A stretch of DNA of 64,000 nt from positions 62,001 to 126,000 of IMG/VR virus record IMGVR_UViG_3300024308_000018, one strand, 5' to 3'. A model generated the notes under the pieces. That model worked only from the letters and a program-made list of their open reading frames with translations. It had not been told where the DNA came from and searched no databases. The translations under genes and the position numbers were made by a program. Shown here in pieces: positions 8,064 through 18,185 of this stretch (positions within the stretch are counted from its first letter, which is position 1; each line of letters begins with the position of its first letter).

Positions 8064-8850
8064 GGAACGGTTAAGGTGGATTGGAATTGCTTAGTCACTC
8101 TCAACTCTATTTACCCAGTTTCCCAAACTGTAGAGCTTTTGGGTTTCTGGGCTAATGGGCTTGTTGATCCAACTTTTTGGGAATTCCGCTTTGCTTCATT
8201 CCCTGCTCGCTTCGCTTCGCAACTTGATCCTCTACTAGATCTCCAAAACGTTTGAACTTGATCCAAGCTCTGTTTGTCTCGCTTTGCTTTCTCGTCGCGT
8301 CGCTCGACAAACCTACACCCTAAGGTTTACAGATTTCAGACCCCTGCATTTGGACAACGTTCGGGTGATCACCAACGTTGCAATGAAACAAGGATCAGGG
8401 CCTATCCCAAGTCTAGCCATAGCCATACCCCAGTAGAAGCGCAATCCATTCGATTCGAACGTTGCATGAAAACAAAAACTCCTTACCTATCAATTGTTTA
8501 CAGTATCATCGCGAATAGCACGTCGTATACGCAAGGGATCAGGGGCTCTACTCAGGATTCACGACAATCTACGAAAAACGACGTGCTCGCAACGGCCGAC
8601 CAATTGAGTCCCCACGCTCCTAAGTCATTGACAGGCAACGAAATTTAGTTTTCAAGCAAACGTTGATCGCATGGATTTGGAATCCAGTGCAGTGCGCGCA
8701 GAATCCATAAAGGCTTTCGCGGAATCCATGCGTTTTGAACGTTGCCCAAACCACCCTCACCGTGCACGATTTTACAACGTTGGGCCCCTTTTCAATGTTG
8801 AACGTTGCAAGAATTCCAGAAATTCAGTTTAAGGATTTTGCGCACTGGAA
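8064..8850. other. long AT-richer non-coding region with clustered short repeats (candidate replication origin/control region)
   Basis: 8x AACGTT, 8x GATC, 3x TTGATCC, 2x CAAGG(G)ATCAGGG, 3x GAATCCA and two minus-strand CTGTAAAC motifs; no credible ORF. Confidence 0.45.
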
Positions 8851-8854
8851 ATGA

Positions 8855-8880
8855 AAATGGGGAAGCCGAAGCCTCCCCAC
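8855..8880 (-). terminator. intrinsic terminator
   Basis: GGGGAGGC-UUCG-GCUUCCCC followed by AUUUU, just after the 8886 stop. Confidence 0.75.
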
Positions 8881-8885
8881 GATCA

Positions 8886-9200
8886 CTACTTCACATTCAT
8901 CTTTTCTTTCTTCACCAGAATCTGCTTCACCATGCGATCCCGGATCCCGTCCATCACACTCGCCACTGCCTTTTCATCCAGTGCAGTGAGTGCGGCAGCC
9001 AGACGATCACCGTTGTCACCGGACAGCAAAGGCATCACGGTTTTCAGCATGGCACTACGCCCGCCCGCTGGCTTCTTCGCTTTGCCCTTCCCCTTCTTGG
9101 CGAACGGGTTCCCCTTCTTGCCTTTCGCCTTCTTGCCTTTCGCCTTCTTGCCTTTCTTGAAGCGCGATTCGCTTACCATAGAGATAGTCAGTTCGATCAT
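8886..9200 (-). CDS. small Lys-rich basic protein
   Basis: KKGKKAKGKKAKGKKG repeats; ATGA overlap with the upstream gene. Confidence 0.65.
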   Translation of the reverse strand: MIELTISMVSESRFKKGKKAKGKKAKGKKGNPFAKKGKGKAKKPAGGRSAMLKTVMPLLSGDNGDRLAAALTALDEKAVASVMDGIRDRMVKQILVKKEKMNVK

Positions 9201-10351
9201 CGTATTACGTTCCCATTGTGGATGTTGAACACACGTTCCTTGCGTTGGATCGTGCGCGTCTGCACTACCCATTCCCAAGTCTGATTCTGCGCGTTACGCT
9301 TCTGCGGCGCATCCGTTACCATCAGCACGTAGTTACGCGTCGGCAGCACCAAGATGTCCTGCGGCTGAATGTTGCCCATGTTCCACGGCAGCACGATACT
9401 CAGGTTCGCGACGGTCAACTCCTTGTCGTAGTCGAGCATCTGCGTCTCTTCCGAGATGTTGCACATCACCTCGTTGGCCCCCATGTCGAACACGAAGATC
9501 AAGTGTGAGAATCGTTGCGTGCGCACCCGAACCCTGCACTTGTTCCCCCTGAACGCGTTGAGTTCAAAGTTGGAGAGCGGGAGTTCGCGATTGCCGGAAA
9601 CGATAACAGGAATTTCGCTGGCGGGTAGTAATTCACCTTCATGATTGCGCATGCTCCACGTGCCCCTGCGGTAATACTTGGGCACCGTGATAACGAAATC
9701 GCAGTACGCGTCGTCCGCCATCTTGACGAAGCAGTTGGGCAGGGCCTCAAGGTCGATGCGGTAGCCTTCGTAGTAGTCAACGTTCAAGGGCGTCAGCGTC
9801 TGATAGTTGTAGCCTACAGGCTGGAAGGCAGGCACGTAACCTTCGCGGTAGCAGATCGGGCAGTTGATGATGTTGCCACCAAGCGCCAGTTCCTCATACA
9901 TGCCCGTGACGTCAGGCGGTGGCAACTGCGTTTGTGCGTCGCTCGTTGGTAGCAGGGAACCGAGTTCGATTTCACGGAAACTGGATTCGTAACGCATTTC
10001 ATCCAACACTGCGCCGCCTTCATCACCGAATCCCATAAGGCCACCGTTGAGCGGTTTGATACTGCGCTCGCCGACAGCTTTGGCAGGCGGCGCTTCCCTC
10101 ACGGCTTCAACGGAATCAGCGTTCACCACCATGTCCGGAATGTCGGCGTCGACTTCCACCATAGAGCAACTGCACGGCGTTCCGATCTTAGTTCGCTTGT
10201 AAACGATGCAGGGCAAACTTTCTACGGCCAGCGAATTTGCAATGCGTGCGCGATGCGGTTCAATCACGGACTCGATGCGCTTTTGCACGCGGCGGGTTTC
10301 GCTGTTCTTATACCCTTTGTGGCGTATACGTCTTGTGTTAGGCATAGGCAT
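9197..10351 (-). CDS. hypothetical protein, possibly neck/head-closure-like
   Basis: 384 aa with CSC and CPICYREGY motifs reminiscent of myovirus neck proteins; weak assignment. Confidence 0.5.
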   Translation of the reverse strand: MPMPNTRRIRHKGYKNSETRRVQKRIESVIEPHRARIANSLAVESLPCIVYKRTKIGTPCSCSMVEVDADIPDMVVNADSVEAVREAPPAKAVGERSIKPLNGGLMGFGDEGGAVLDEMRYESSFREIELGSLLPTSDAQTQLPPPDVTGMYEELALGGNIINCPICYREGYVPAFQPVGYNYQTLTPLNVDYYEGYRIDLEALPNCFVKMADDAYCDFVITVPKYYRRGTWSMRNHEGELLPASEIPVIVSGNRELPLSNFELNAFRGNKCRVRVRTQRFSHLIFVFDMGANEVMCNISEETQMLDYDKELTVANLSIVLPWNMGNIQPQDILVLPTRNYVLMVTDAPQKRNAQNQTWEWVVQTRTIQRKERVFNIHNGNVIR

Positions 10352-10380
10352 TCCTCCTGACCCAAATTAGAGGCAGTACC

Positions 10381-10950
10381 ATGACAACATTTCGCGTGCT
10401 AACGGGAGACCCCGGCACAAAGAACTTTGCACTGGCCGTTACCGAATACAGCAACGGCAAGATCAGATCGCTCGGCACCAAGATGTTGGAGTTCCCTTTC
10501 CACGACTTGAGTTCGCGGGAGGCAGCGGAAGCCCTGCATCAGGTAACGCGTGAGATTCGCCGACTGATCAAGAAGTACAACGTTGACGCCCTGTACTTTG
10601 AACGCTTCCAAGTGCGTGGCTCCGGCGTCAGTGCCATCGAGGGAATCAACGTCATGCTCGGCGTTGTCCTGCATCTTGCGTGGCTCTACGAAAAACGCTC
10701 GCGCCTGATCACCGCCAGCACGTGGAAGAACAACTGCAACCGCAACAATGCGGACGGCATGAAACTCGATGAAGCGTACAAGGAATTCAAGTTGACGAGC
10801 GTATACAGCCCGAAAGCGATTCATGAATTCGATGCCAGCCTGATCGGTGTCTACGCCATCTTTGACCAGCTGGTGACCAAGCGAAAACCGTTCCAAGGCT
10901 TCAGCATTCGAACGTGGTACGAACACCTCATGGAAGCGCCGAATCTGTAA
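10381..10950 (+). CDS. RuvC-like Holliday junction resolvase
   Basis: VLTGDPGTKNFALA, YFERFQ, ASTWK, HEFDAS catalytic pattern. Confidence 0.8.
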   Translation: MTTFRVLTGDPGTKNFALAVTEYSNGKIRSLGTKMLEFPFHDLSSREAAEALHQVTREIRRLIKKYNVDALYFERFQVRGSGVSAIEGINVMLGVVLHLAWLYEKRSRLITASTWKNNCNRNNADGMKLDEAYKEFKLTSVYSPKAIHEFDASLIGVYAIFDQLVTKRKPFQGFSIRTWYEHLMEAPNL

Positions 10951-10952
10951 AC
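10945..10952 (+). promoter_or_regulatory. CTGTAAAC phage promoter-like motif (representative copy)
   Basis: Exact copies on + at 10945, 20099, 23842, 38006, 46856, 51128, 63601 and on - at 5546, 8325, 8496, 14823. Variants at 18124 (+), 4756 (-), 3303 (-). Most lie shortly upstream of a co-oriented start codon. Confidence 0.7.
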
Positions 10953-10979
10953 AGTAGCGCAAACATTGAGGGATTCGCA

Positions 10980-11576
10980 ATGAGCAAAGTCATTCACGTA
11001 TGCCCCGCATACACCGAATACCGGTTCTGTGACAAGTGCGCCATTGAAACTTGCCAGCACCACACGAAAGTAACGCAACGTGGTTGCCTCGCTCTCGACA
11101 GAGCAGAAGGTGATCGCGGCTGCACCGTTACCGAAGTGAACCATTACAAGGCTTACGCGATCACCCGCGTAAGCGGCCAAGGCGGCGCTCCCCTCACGCT
11201 CAAAGGCGTGGAGACAAGTTTGCGCCGCACGAACTTGGCAGTTCGCGAAGCGATTCGCCTCTACCTTTACATCTGCTATCTCGACGAACGGGGAATGCGT
11301 GTTGATCACGATATGCTCGAAGTCGACGAGATGCAAATGCTCTTCGATGATCTCTCCAAGACGTTCCATGAGCTGCGCCCATACATGTGGCCGTTCCTGT
11401 TCGACGAGGCGGAGATTGCAAAGTTCGCAAGAGCGCAGCGAAAAGGATTCTCCACTGAGCCGTTTAATTTCAGGCTCCTACTCGGGAAGAACTCCCGATT
11501 GTCCAGTACACAACTCAAGGAACTCATAGCATCATGTCTGACGCCCAAACTAAAGCAGCGAATCCGCTCTCAGTAA
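10980..11576 (+). CDS. hypothetical protein with Cys-rich N-terminus
   Basis: CP..CDKC..C.H..C pattern; ATG just after the CTGTAAAC motif. Confidence 0.65.
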   Translation: MSKVIHVCPAYTEYRFCDKCAIETCQHHTKVTQRGCLALDRAEGDRGCTVTEVNHYKAYAITRVSGQGGAPLTLKGVETSLRRTNLAVREAIRLYLYICYLDERGMRVDHDMLEVDEMQMLFDDLSKTFHELRPYMWPFLFDEAEIAKFARAQRKGFSTEPFNFRLLLGKNSRLSSTQLKELIASCLTPKLKQRIRSQ

Positions 11577-12229
11577 AAACTCTGGAGCTGTCCACCTTCA
11601 ACCGTCTGTACGGCGGCGACCCGACTGCTCCCCTGTTCGTGCTGAACCGCTCCGGCAACAGGGCTGGCCCCAACAAGCCTGCCAAGCAGCGCGGGATCAT
11701 TCTGACCAACGTAACCAACGACGACAACACCCAGTCGATCATCAAGGTTCCGGTCACCTTCATCCCTATCGACCTGACCACTCAGGCCCCGCTGCACTCG
11801 CTGCTGAAATCCACCACCATCAAGCAGGCGCTGAGCCTCGGCAATCTGGTGATCGCTGATACCGCTTCCGCCATCGCGCTGATGCGTAACAGCAAGCGTG
11901 CACGCGACGAATACTTCAAGTTGTTCGGTGCCGAATGGCGTTCCCCGATCAGCGAAGAAGGCGAGCAGTCCGACGTTGATATGACCGACGCTGCCGACGA
12001 AGACGCACTGCTCAACGCGCAGACCGAAGGCGCGGCCGCCTCCAAGTACAGCGACAACCAGATCGTCAACGACCTGATCCTCGCTTCTCTGGCTGGTGAA
12101 GATAGCGACGCTATCAGCGCTTCCATCCTGAACCAGATCGACCTGCTGACTGCGGAAGATCTCAACTGCATCGCGCAGAATGTCACTGACAGCGCCGTGA
12201 AAGATTTCTGCCTGAGCAGTCTTTCCTGA
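11534..12229 (+). CDS. hypothetical protein
   Basis: 231 aa with strong phage codon bias, followed by a terminator hairpin at ~12238-12265. Confidence 0.7.
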   Translation: MSDAQTKAANPLSVKTLELSTFNRLYGGDPTAPLFVLNRSGNRAGPNKPAKQRGIILTNVTNDDNTQSIIKVPVTFIPIDLTTQAPLHSLLKSTTIKQALSLGNLVIADTASAIALMRNSKRARDEYFKLFGAEWRSPISEEGEQSDVDMTDAADEDALLNAQTEGAAASKYSDNQIVNDLILASLAGEDSDAISASILNQIDLLTAEDLNCIAQNVTDSAVKDFCLSSLS

Positions 12230-12266
12230 TGCACCAGAGGGGGACGCTTAGGCGTCCCTTTCCTTT

Positions 12267-12542
12267 ATGTCACTCAATAGCAAAGTTGTACGTCTCGTCG
12301 AACGCGACGAACCCAACGACATTTGGACAGACCCGAACATCGTTGGCGCTTACGAGGTAGCAACCTCGGTCGGGCGCGCGACTCTACAGCGCATCCAGTT
12401 CCAAGATTGGAGCAAAGCAAGTGGGCGGAATGGTGTTGAGGCTTCAGACATCATTGAAATCCTGATCCACAAGCTATCACAAGAAGGCAATCATGCTGCG
12501 GTAGGCGCACTGCTTAACGCACTATCCCACGTAAAGGACTAA
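12267..12542 (+). CDS. hypothetical protein
   Basis: 91-aa ORF tiling between neighbours. Confidence 0.55.
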   Translation: MSLNSKVVRLVERDEPNDIWTDPNIVGAYEVATSVGRATLQRIQFQDWSKASGRNGVEASDIIEILIHKLSQEGNHAAVGALLNALSHVKD

Positions 12543-12547
12543 GAAAA

Positions 12548-13666
12548 ATGACACAAGTGAAAGTTGATAAGGCCCTCGTTGACCACATCATGCAAAACGC
12601 GAAGATCCACCATCAGCTGTTCGACGCGGTTCCCGTGAATCAAGCGCGCATGATCACGCATTTCGGTTTCTGCCTGAAGAGCTTCGGTGAAGCGGCAGTC
12701 GCGGATCCCAAAGCATTCGACAAAGAATTCAGCGACAAGATGGCATCCGAGCGTCTGGCTCACGCCGCGCTGCCAGAAGTATGGGCGCACGAAGGCTGGA
12801 AGCTGATGCAGGCCATGAACGATCCGGAGCAGTACGTGATCCCGCTGATCGCTGAATCCGTCGAGAACGCACTGGATATGTTCGGCCTCACCTGCCCCAA
12901 CATCACGCAAGCATTCTGGGCCAACATCAACGGCAACACTGCGGGCGATCTGCGCCAGCGTCTGGAATTCCTGACCAAGGAACGTGACGCCAAAGAGGGC
13001 GTCAGCACCCCAGCACTGCCACTGCACTACGCTTCCCAGCTGGTGTGGCGCATCATTGAAACCCACATCTCCCACTACGAAACCCTGTACGAAGGGATCA
13101 CCGCGTACTGGAAGAACGACGTACTGCGCGCTGTGCCGGAAGACGACTGGGATGCGAGTTACGCCCGCATGATTCTGGCACAGCCTATGTTGATCGGTGA
13201 CATACTCGATGGAGTGCACCACTATGTTGCGGAAGACAGTTGCAGTGATCGCTTGCTGCAAGGTTGGGTCACTGCTCCGAGCCTGCGCTTCCTGACTCTG
13301 GCGATCTACCTGTCCTCCGGCTGCGACGTTGCACGCATGGATCCGCCGAATGTCATGCAGCGCGGCCTGCACTACGTTGGTGACCCGTCGGCCAAGGACG
13401 CTGACCACGAATGCAAGCAGCCGGTTCCCTATGCGGTGGCGCTGACGCGTGCAGTGACTGAGAAGGATATTCTCGCTCTGATTGTCGACAACCCCGCTGA
13501 GTTCGCTGACTGCCCGAGCAACACCAACGCGCGTCACAGCGACCTGCTGCTCGCCCGTTTCCACGAATCTCTGGTCAACGGCGTGAAGTATGCAGTCGAT
13601 TCTCTCAACGAGCTGGAACTCGACGCCGCAATCACGTGGGCACGCAACTTCCTGAGCGGTCGTTAA
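12548..13666 (+). CDS. hypothetical protein
   Basis: 372 aa, AAGGA-type RBS; convergent terminator at ~13688-13713. Confidence 0.7.
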   Translation: MTQVKVDKALVDHIMQNAKIHHQLFDAVPVNQARMITHFGFCLKSFGEAAVADPKAFDKEFSDKMASERLAHAALPEVWAHEGWKLMQAMNDPEQYVIPLIAESVENALDMFGLTCPNITQAFWANINGNTAGDLRQRLEFLTKERDAKEGVSTPALPLHYASQLVWRIIETHISHYETLYEGITAYWKNDVLRAVPEDDWDASYARMILAQPMLIGDILDGVHHYVAEDSCSDRLLQGWVTAPSLRFLTLAIYLSSGCDVARMDPPNVMQRGLHYVGDPSAKDADHECKQPVPYAVALTRAVTEKDILALIVDNPAEFADCPSNTNARHSDLLLARFHESLVNGVKYAVDSLNELELDAAITWARNFLSGR

Positions 13667-13722
13667 TCGGCACGTTTTGGACAAAAGAAAAGGGGGCCAA
13701 TGGCCCCCTTGTTGATCCCGCA

Positions 13723-14766
13723 TCATCCTGTTTTCGCCCATCCCAACTTCTTCGGATTGAACAACGTTCGTTTCGTTCCCCCGTGCTGCTCTTCCAAGAA
13801 ATCAAGAATGTCGTCCATGACGTCGACTGGTGCGTCGTCGGGATCCATCTTGATCAGCTTGCCCTTCGCGTTCTTGTCTTCCGGCAACCGTATCATCTTC
13901 AGCTTGACCACCGAATCCCGAAAGCCTTCCCGCAGACTGTCACGCAACTTGCGCCCGCCCTTGTCGTTATCGCTGATGACGTATGCTGTCTGCACACCCA
14001 GCGTCTCAATTAAGCGAGTCTTCTCCGGTGACCAAGTTTGAGCACCAAGTGCCGCGACACTGGGAACGCCTTCGGTCAGCATGCGGAACATATCGCGCGG
14101 GCCTTCCTCTATCGTCACGTACTTGAAGTTGTGCTCACGGATCAGGTTGCGTGTGATGTCATAGCCGAGCAATCCCGTTTCCTTTACCCACGTTCCGCGC
14201 GTTGTAAGGTACGACGTTCGACCGCTCTGCTTCTGTAAATAACCTGCGACACCACCTACCCAAGAGCGTCTGATTTTGCACGGCAAGAAACAGACAGGCT
14301 CGTCTGCTCCCGGCGGCATACAAACTTGCGCGCCGAAGTCACGCAGCAACTTCCCGTTGTATCCGCGCCAGTCCTTGTCTTCGAACCAAGGAAAGTAAGC
14401 TGGACGTCCAACCGCGTGCATCATATCCTTGAGTGATCTGAATTTACGGAATGAGCCGTTATCATCCTGAACGCTGCTACGCTCACCAACGACCAATTCT
14501 GACGCAGCGCGCAGCTCCCACTCCGGCACTGATTCCAGCCCGGCTTTCGGTGCCCACGTGTTCCAATGTCCCTTTGCGCCACAGCCTAAGCAGTTGAAGA
14601 ATCCCAGCGGGATCTCCATGCCTACGCCCACGAATATGCCCGCCGATGGCGAGCTATCGTCGTGGAACGGGCAACATACCATGATGGATTCGCCCGCCGA
14701 CATCTTACGTCCCGACAGACGGTGTACCTGATCAACGATGCGCTGTTGGATGTCGAGAATGTTCAT
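13723..14766 (-). CDS. DNA primase (DnaG-type: Zn finger plus TOPRIM)
   Basis: CPFHDD...FNCLGC zinc-binding domain; EGPRD and SDND TOPRIM motifs. Confidence 0.85.
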   Translation of the reverse strand: MNILDIQQRIVDQVHRLSGRKMSAGESIMVCCPFHDDSSPSAGIFVGVGMEIPLGFFNCLGCGAKGHWNTWAPKAGLESVPEWELRAASELVVGERSSVQDDNGSFRKFRSLKDMMHAVGRPAYFPWFEDKDWRGYNGKLLRDFGAQVCMPPGADEPVCFLPCKIRRSWVGGVAGYLQKQSGRTSYLTTRGTWVKETGLLGYDITRNLIREHNFKYVTIEEGPRDMFRMLTEGVPSVAALGAQTWSPEKTRLIETLGVQTAYVISDNDKGGRKLRDSLREGFRDSVVKLKMIRLPEDKNAKGKLIKMDPDDAPVDVMDDILDFLEEQHGGTKRTLFNPKKLGWAKTG

Positions 14767-14800
14767 ACTATCCTGCCGCTCTAAATGGTTCGATATTTGA

Positions 14801-15100
14801 TTGCCTAATTTCCTTACACGTCGTTTACAGTTACAAGGAGGCCCTGTGTTATCCCTACTCGGTTCTGAGCTGCATCTATCCGACTCTCTGCTCTACACGG
14901 TTAACGGCATCGGGGTCGGGTATGAAATCCCTTACACGTTCGTTCCGGAAACAACGTTGCGTACCGCTCTCGGGCGCTATCAGAAACTCAGTGAATCTCG
15001 CGCTGCTGGTCAACCTTGTGTTGCCTTGTATGTGGCACACGGTAGAAAGGTGGAAGTCCTTTTCTTTTATGACCACGCAACGTTGCGTGTAACGGAGTAA
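14801..15100 (+). CDS. hypothetical protein (start uncertain)
   Basis: ORF ends 2 nt before the next gene. Confidence 0.4.
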   Translation: MPNFLTRRLQLQGGPVLSLLGSELHLSDSLLYTVNGIGVGYEIPYTFVPETTLRTALGRYQKLSESRAAGQPCVALYVAHGRKVEVLFFYDHATLRVTE

Positions 15101-15102
15101 CT

Positions 15103-16200
15103 ATGCGCGGTATGAATGGTAGCTTTGGTTCCGGTGGCGACTTCGTGGAGAAGGGTGCCGAGTACAGATCGCACATAGACGTTCTGATTGACGATGCACT
15201 TGATCATTCGGAAATCACGTCGCACAACAAGAAAACCAAAATGAGCGCGTCCATGTTTCCCATGTGTAGTATCCTGCTGTTCACTCAGCTGCTGCACCAA
15301 GAAAACAGCGGGCGCTTCTGGCGCAAGACCAACATCCTGCTTGAAGTGTTCGCAGGGTCTGGTATCGCGATGCACGAGAAAATCCAATACGCTCTTGGTT
15401 TCTCTGGGCGACAGTTCGGTCATTACCACTGTAAGGACTATCGCTGCAAGGAAGGGTACATCGACACCAAAGGCTTCCGCCCCAAGGTCGACAACCCGAG
15501 ACTACACACGTTCACGACAGACAACATCTGTCCGCATTGCGGGCGGGGAATGGCATACGTCGAAATCGCGATTGAGCGCGACGACATCGTTATGTATTTG
15601 GATTCGGTGCTGGTCAGTGGGGAAGGGGACGACGCGACCGCCGAAGTTCTCGACCTTAAATCATGCACATCACGCGCCGCGTATGCTGCAACCAATCCAA
15701 AAGAGCTAACCAAACACAACAACATCGCACAGATACGCGCATACGCCGTCGAGTTCGAGAAGACGTTCAAGGTTCGAGTCACGCACTACGGGCTGGCCTA
15801 CGTCCCGCGCGACAACCCCAAGGGGTTCAAAGTCTACCGCAAAGAATTCGACGACCGCGAAGCATCTCTGGCGCTGAAGAACTACAAGAACGAGCGACGC
15901 AAATGGAAAGTTGCGAATCGCGCCGCCAAAGAAGTTGACCCGCTTTATTCTATCGAGGGCCGTCTTTGCACTTCGTCTTCTGACCACGACAAGTTGCACA
16001 AGTACGACCCATGCCCGTTGTCAGGAGTGTGTTTTTCTCAGTTGCAGCTCCATCGGGTGCTACGCGACTTTGTAGTGCTAAGTGCGAAGCATAAGGACAA
16101 GGATTACTTCACCGTTCTGGAAATGGCGACTGCTCCCAAGAAGTCCAAAGAGCTGCTGTTCAAATCGGAGAAGCCTAAAGCAAGGCACACCTCAATATGA
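15103..16200 (+). CDS. Cas4-like PD-(D/E)XK exonuclease
   Basis: PMC...G..MHE...LDSV...VLDLKS...QIRAY...C..CP...C (one N-terminal plus three C-terminal Cys) and an inserted CxxxxC/CPHC ribbon. Confidence 0.7.
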   Translation: MRGMNGSFGSGGDFVEKGAEYRSHIDVLIDDALDHSEITSHNKKTKMSASMFPMCSILLFTQLLHQENSGRFWRKTNILLEVFAGSGIAMHEKIQYALGFSGRQFGHYHCKDYRCKEGYIDTKGFRPKVDNPRLHTFTTDNICPHCGRGMAYVEIAIERDDIVMYLDSVLVSGEGDDATAEVLDLKSCTSRAAYAATNPKELTKHNNIAQIRAYAVEFEKTFKVRVTHYGLAYVPRDNPKGFKVYRKEFDDREASLALKNYKNERRKWKVANRAAKEVDPLYSIEGRLCTSSSDHDKLHKYDPCPLSGVCFSQLQLHRVLRDFVVLSAKHKDKDYFTVLEMATAPKKSKELLFKSEKPKARHTSI

Positions 16201-16601
16201 CTATCACCATCAACCCAAACGTGATCCGGTTTCGCATTAGCAACAGCGTCAACGTGCTGTCACGTAGTCTGAAGTTTGATCGCCACATGATCGAGGTCGC
16301 GAAATCCGTGTACGCGGATCTGCACAGCTACATGCGCTATCAGCGTGAGCTGTTCCTGTTCGCCACCGCGCTCTACGACATGGCGAACGCACAGGGCCGC
16401 CTCGAAATCGCCGAGGCTCACATCGGTCAGTTGCGCCAGCAGCAGATCCAGCGCGCCAATGCCTACGACGAGTTGGAGCGTATGGCAACCGCGCGGGCCA
16501 CCGATCTCTGTAAACAACGAGCAATGGAGACGAGTGCCGAGTACAAGCACTTGGAGTACCGCCTTAAACGCTTAATGGAGTGCGCAAATGCTGAGAGTTA
16601 A
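16197..16601 (+). CDS. hypothetical helical protein
   Basis: ATGA-coupled, 134 aa. Confidence 0.6.
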   Translation: MTITINPNVIRFRISNSVNVLSRSLKFDRHMIEVAKSVYADLHSYMRYQRELFLFATALYDMANAQGRLEIAEAHIGQLRQQQIQRANAYDELERMATARATDLCKQRAMETSAEYKHLEYRLKRLMECANAES

Positions 16602-16926
16602 CATACGGCTGAGCACTGGTCGAATGACCAGCTTGTCAGCAATCGCGGACGCCGGAGACCGCTACCGCCAAAACGACATGGAAGCGGAAACCGAGCACCA
16701 AGACCTTTCCAAGTTGGAGGAAGCGGAACGCAAGTTGCGGCTTGCACGCGAAGCCAACAACGAACGTGTCGACCAAGACACGTTGGCCGAACTCACCAAG
16801 CCAAAAGAGAAGCCGAAGAAAGAAGAGGAAGCAGCCGACGACGACGCTGCTCCCGAAGAAGAGGCCGACACCGAAGCCGCTGGTGATGGTGGCGAGGAAG
16901 AGGCGGGGGACGAGGAATTCGAGTGA
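16588..16926 (+). CDS. hypothetical acidic protein
   Basis: 112 aa with an E/D-rich tail. Confidence 0.6.
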   Translation: MLRVNIRLSTGRMTSLSAIADAGDRYRQNDMEAETEHQDLSKLEEAERKLRLAREANNERVDQDTLAELTKPKEKPKKEEEAADDDAAPEEEADTEAAGDGGEEEAGDEEFE

Positions 16927-17312
16927 TGGATATTTCGTTTCTGCGTAGACTCAAGAGCATTGCGGAGCAAGGCCAAGCTCGCGGCATGGCCGTTGATATT
17001 GGTGAATACGTTGACGCCGTAATCCATCTCCGTCCAACGCGACGCCTACCAAAAGACGTCGACGGGCGGCGGGGTGTACGCGGACAACGAACCCTGATCC
17101 AGCGCGACCTAATTGGTGCGCTTACTCACGCGGCGCGTATCTATCGAGTGGCGATTCACATAAAGGTTGATCCCACCGATCCACTCTGCGACCTGCTGCG
17201 CAAATCTCGATTCACTAACAACATGCTGTGTGAACTGTCTGACGGATCTCGCATAGAGCTTGACCGGGGAAGACTGTTCACCTACGACGGGAAATTCAAT
17301 GGCACCGTATAA
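16923..17312 (+). CDS. hypothetical protein
   Basis: Overlaps the previous stop; 129 aa. Confidence 0.6.
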   Translation: MMDISFLRRLKSIAEQGQARGMAVDIGEYVDAVIHLRPTRRLPKDVDGRRGVRGQRTLIQRDLIGALTHAARIYRVAIHIKVDPTDPLCDLLRKSRFTNNMLCELSDGSRIELDRGRLFTYDGKFNGTV

Positions 17313-17877
17313 ACCATTAGCTCGACAGAAGCGCCCTGCAACACGGGCCCCGAAGCCGAAGGTAATGACGCCTGAGACGAAACGTCGTGCAATCAAGATT
17401 GTGCGATACACGCCAAAGGCCGACGTACCTCAACCACCGATGACGCCAACGATGCGTAAAGGGATCAACATCAAGCAGATCCTGCGCAATCGTACTGCGG
17501 ACGTAATCAACCTTGGTCGCGAGATCATCGTTGAGAGTGAGCAGCGCGGCAAATCCGGTAAGGGCTTCCCCACGTACCGCGTCATGTGCTGGCACCGCGA
17601 TCCGCTGCGCCCGTTTGCGACGCGTCGCGACCACGAAGTCACAGTCGTGGGCCTCGACAGCCAGACTGATCCGATCAGCAGCCAAAACAAAGTCTACGTG
17701 TCATGTGACTGCGAAGACTGGGTGTTCCGTTGGGAGTACGCGGTCGCCAAACGTGGTGGCACCAGAATCCTCTACGGTAACGGCGATGCGCCAGTGATGA
17801 CGAACCCGACGGAAGTCCCCGGTTGTTGCAAGCACCTGAGCCACGTTCTGGAAACGATCCTGCGTAAGGGGTATTGA
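17299..17877 (+). CDS. SWIM-type zinc finger protein
   Basis: VSCDCEDW...CCKHL pattern. Confidence 0.65.
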   Translation: MAPYKPLARQKRPATRAPKPKVMTPETKRRAIKIVRYTPKADVPQPPMTPTMRKGINIKQILRNRTADVINLGREIIVESEQRGKSGKGFPTYRVMCWHRDPLRPFATRRDHEVTVVGLDSQTDPISSQNKVYVSCDCEDWVFRWEYAVAKRGGTRILYGNGDAPVMTNPTEVPGCCKHLSHVLETILRKGY

Positions 17878-17878
17878 T

Positions 17879-18082
17879 ATGGGCTGTAGCAGTTGCATGG
17901 ATAGAATGCGACGCGCGCAACAAAACTACCAGCAGCGGGGCAAACTCGTTACTGGTAGTTCAACGTTGTCGGGCGCAACGCTGACGCCAACGGGCTGGGT
18001 GAAAACCTGTGTCATGTGTGGCGTGCAAACTGACGCTGCACCATTCCCAGAAGCGTGCACCGCTAAATGTGATTGTGTCTAG
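17879..18082 (+). CDS. small Cys-rich protein
   Basis: 67 aa with CSSC, CVMC and C..CDC; followed by a palindromic terminator at 18081-18105. Confidence 0.5.
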   Translation: MGCSSCMDRMRRAQQNYQQRGKLVTGSSTLSGATLTPTGWVKTCVMCGVQTDAAPFPEACTAKCDCV

Positions 18083-18185
18083 GCTGCAACGTTGCAGCCT
18101 TTTCTCGTTCTGGATCCGAAAATCTGTAAAGAATAATACAAGCACACAACTCCCTTGAGCTGCTTTCAATAAGGACGAAACGAAA

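Noticed and set aside
15103-16200. Cas4-like nuclease as the spacer-acquisition enzyme of the array
   Set aside because: It lies ~9 kb away in the recombination module, and stand-alone Cas4-like exonucleases are common in phages. Nothing links it to the array.
18081-18100. Perfect 20-bp palindrome AGGCTGCAACGTTGCAGCCT as an operator
   Set aside because: It follows a stop codon and precedes a T-run, so an intrinsic terminator explains it. A link to the AACGTT cluster at 8.2-8.8 kb is unproven.
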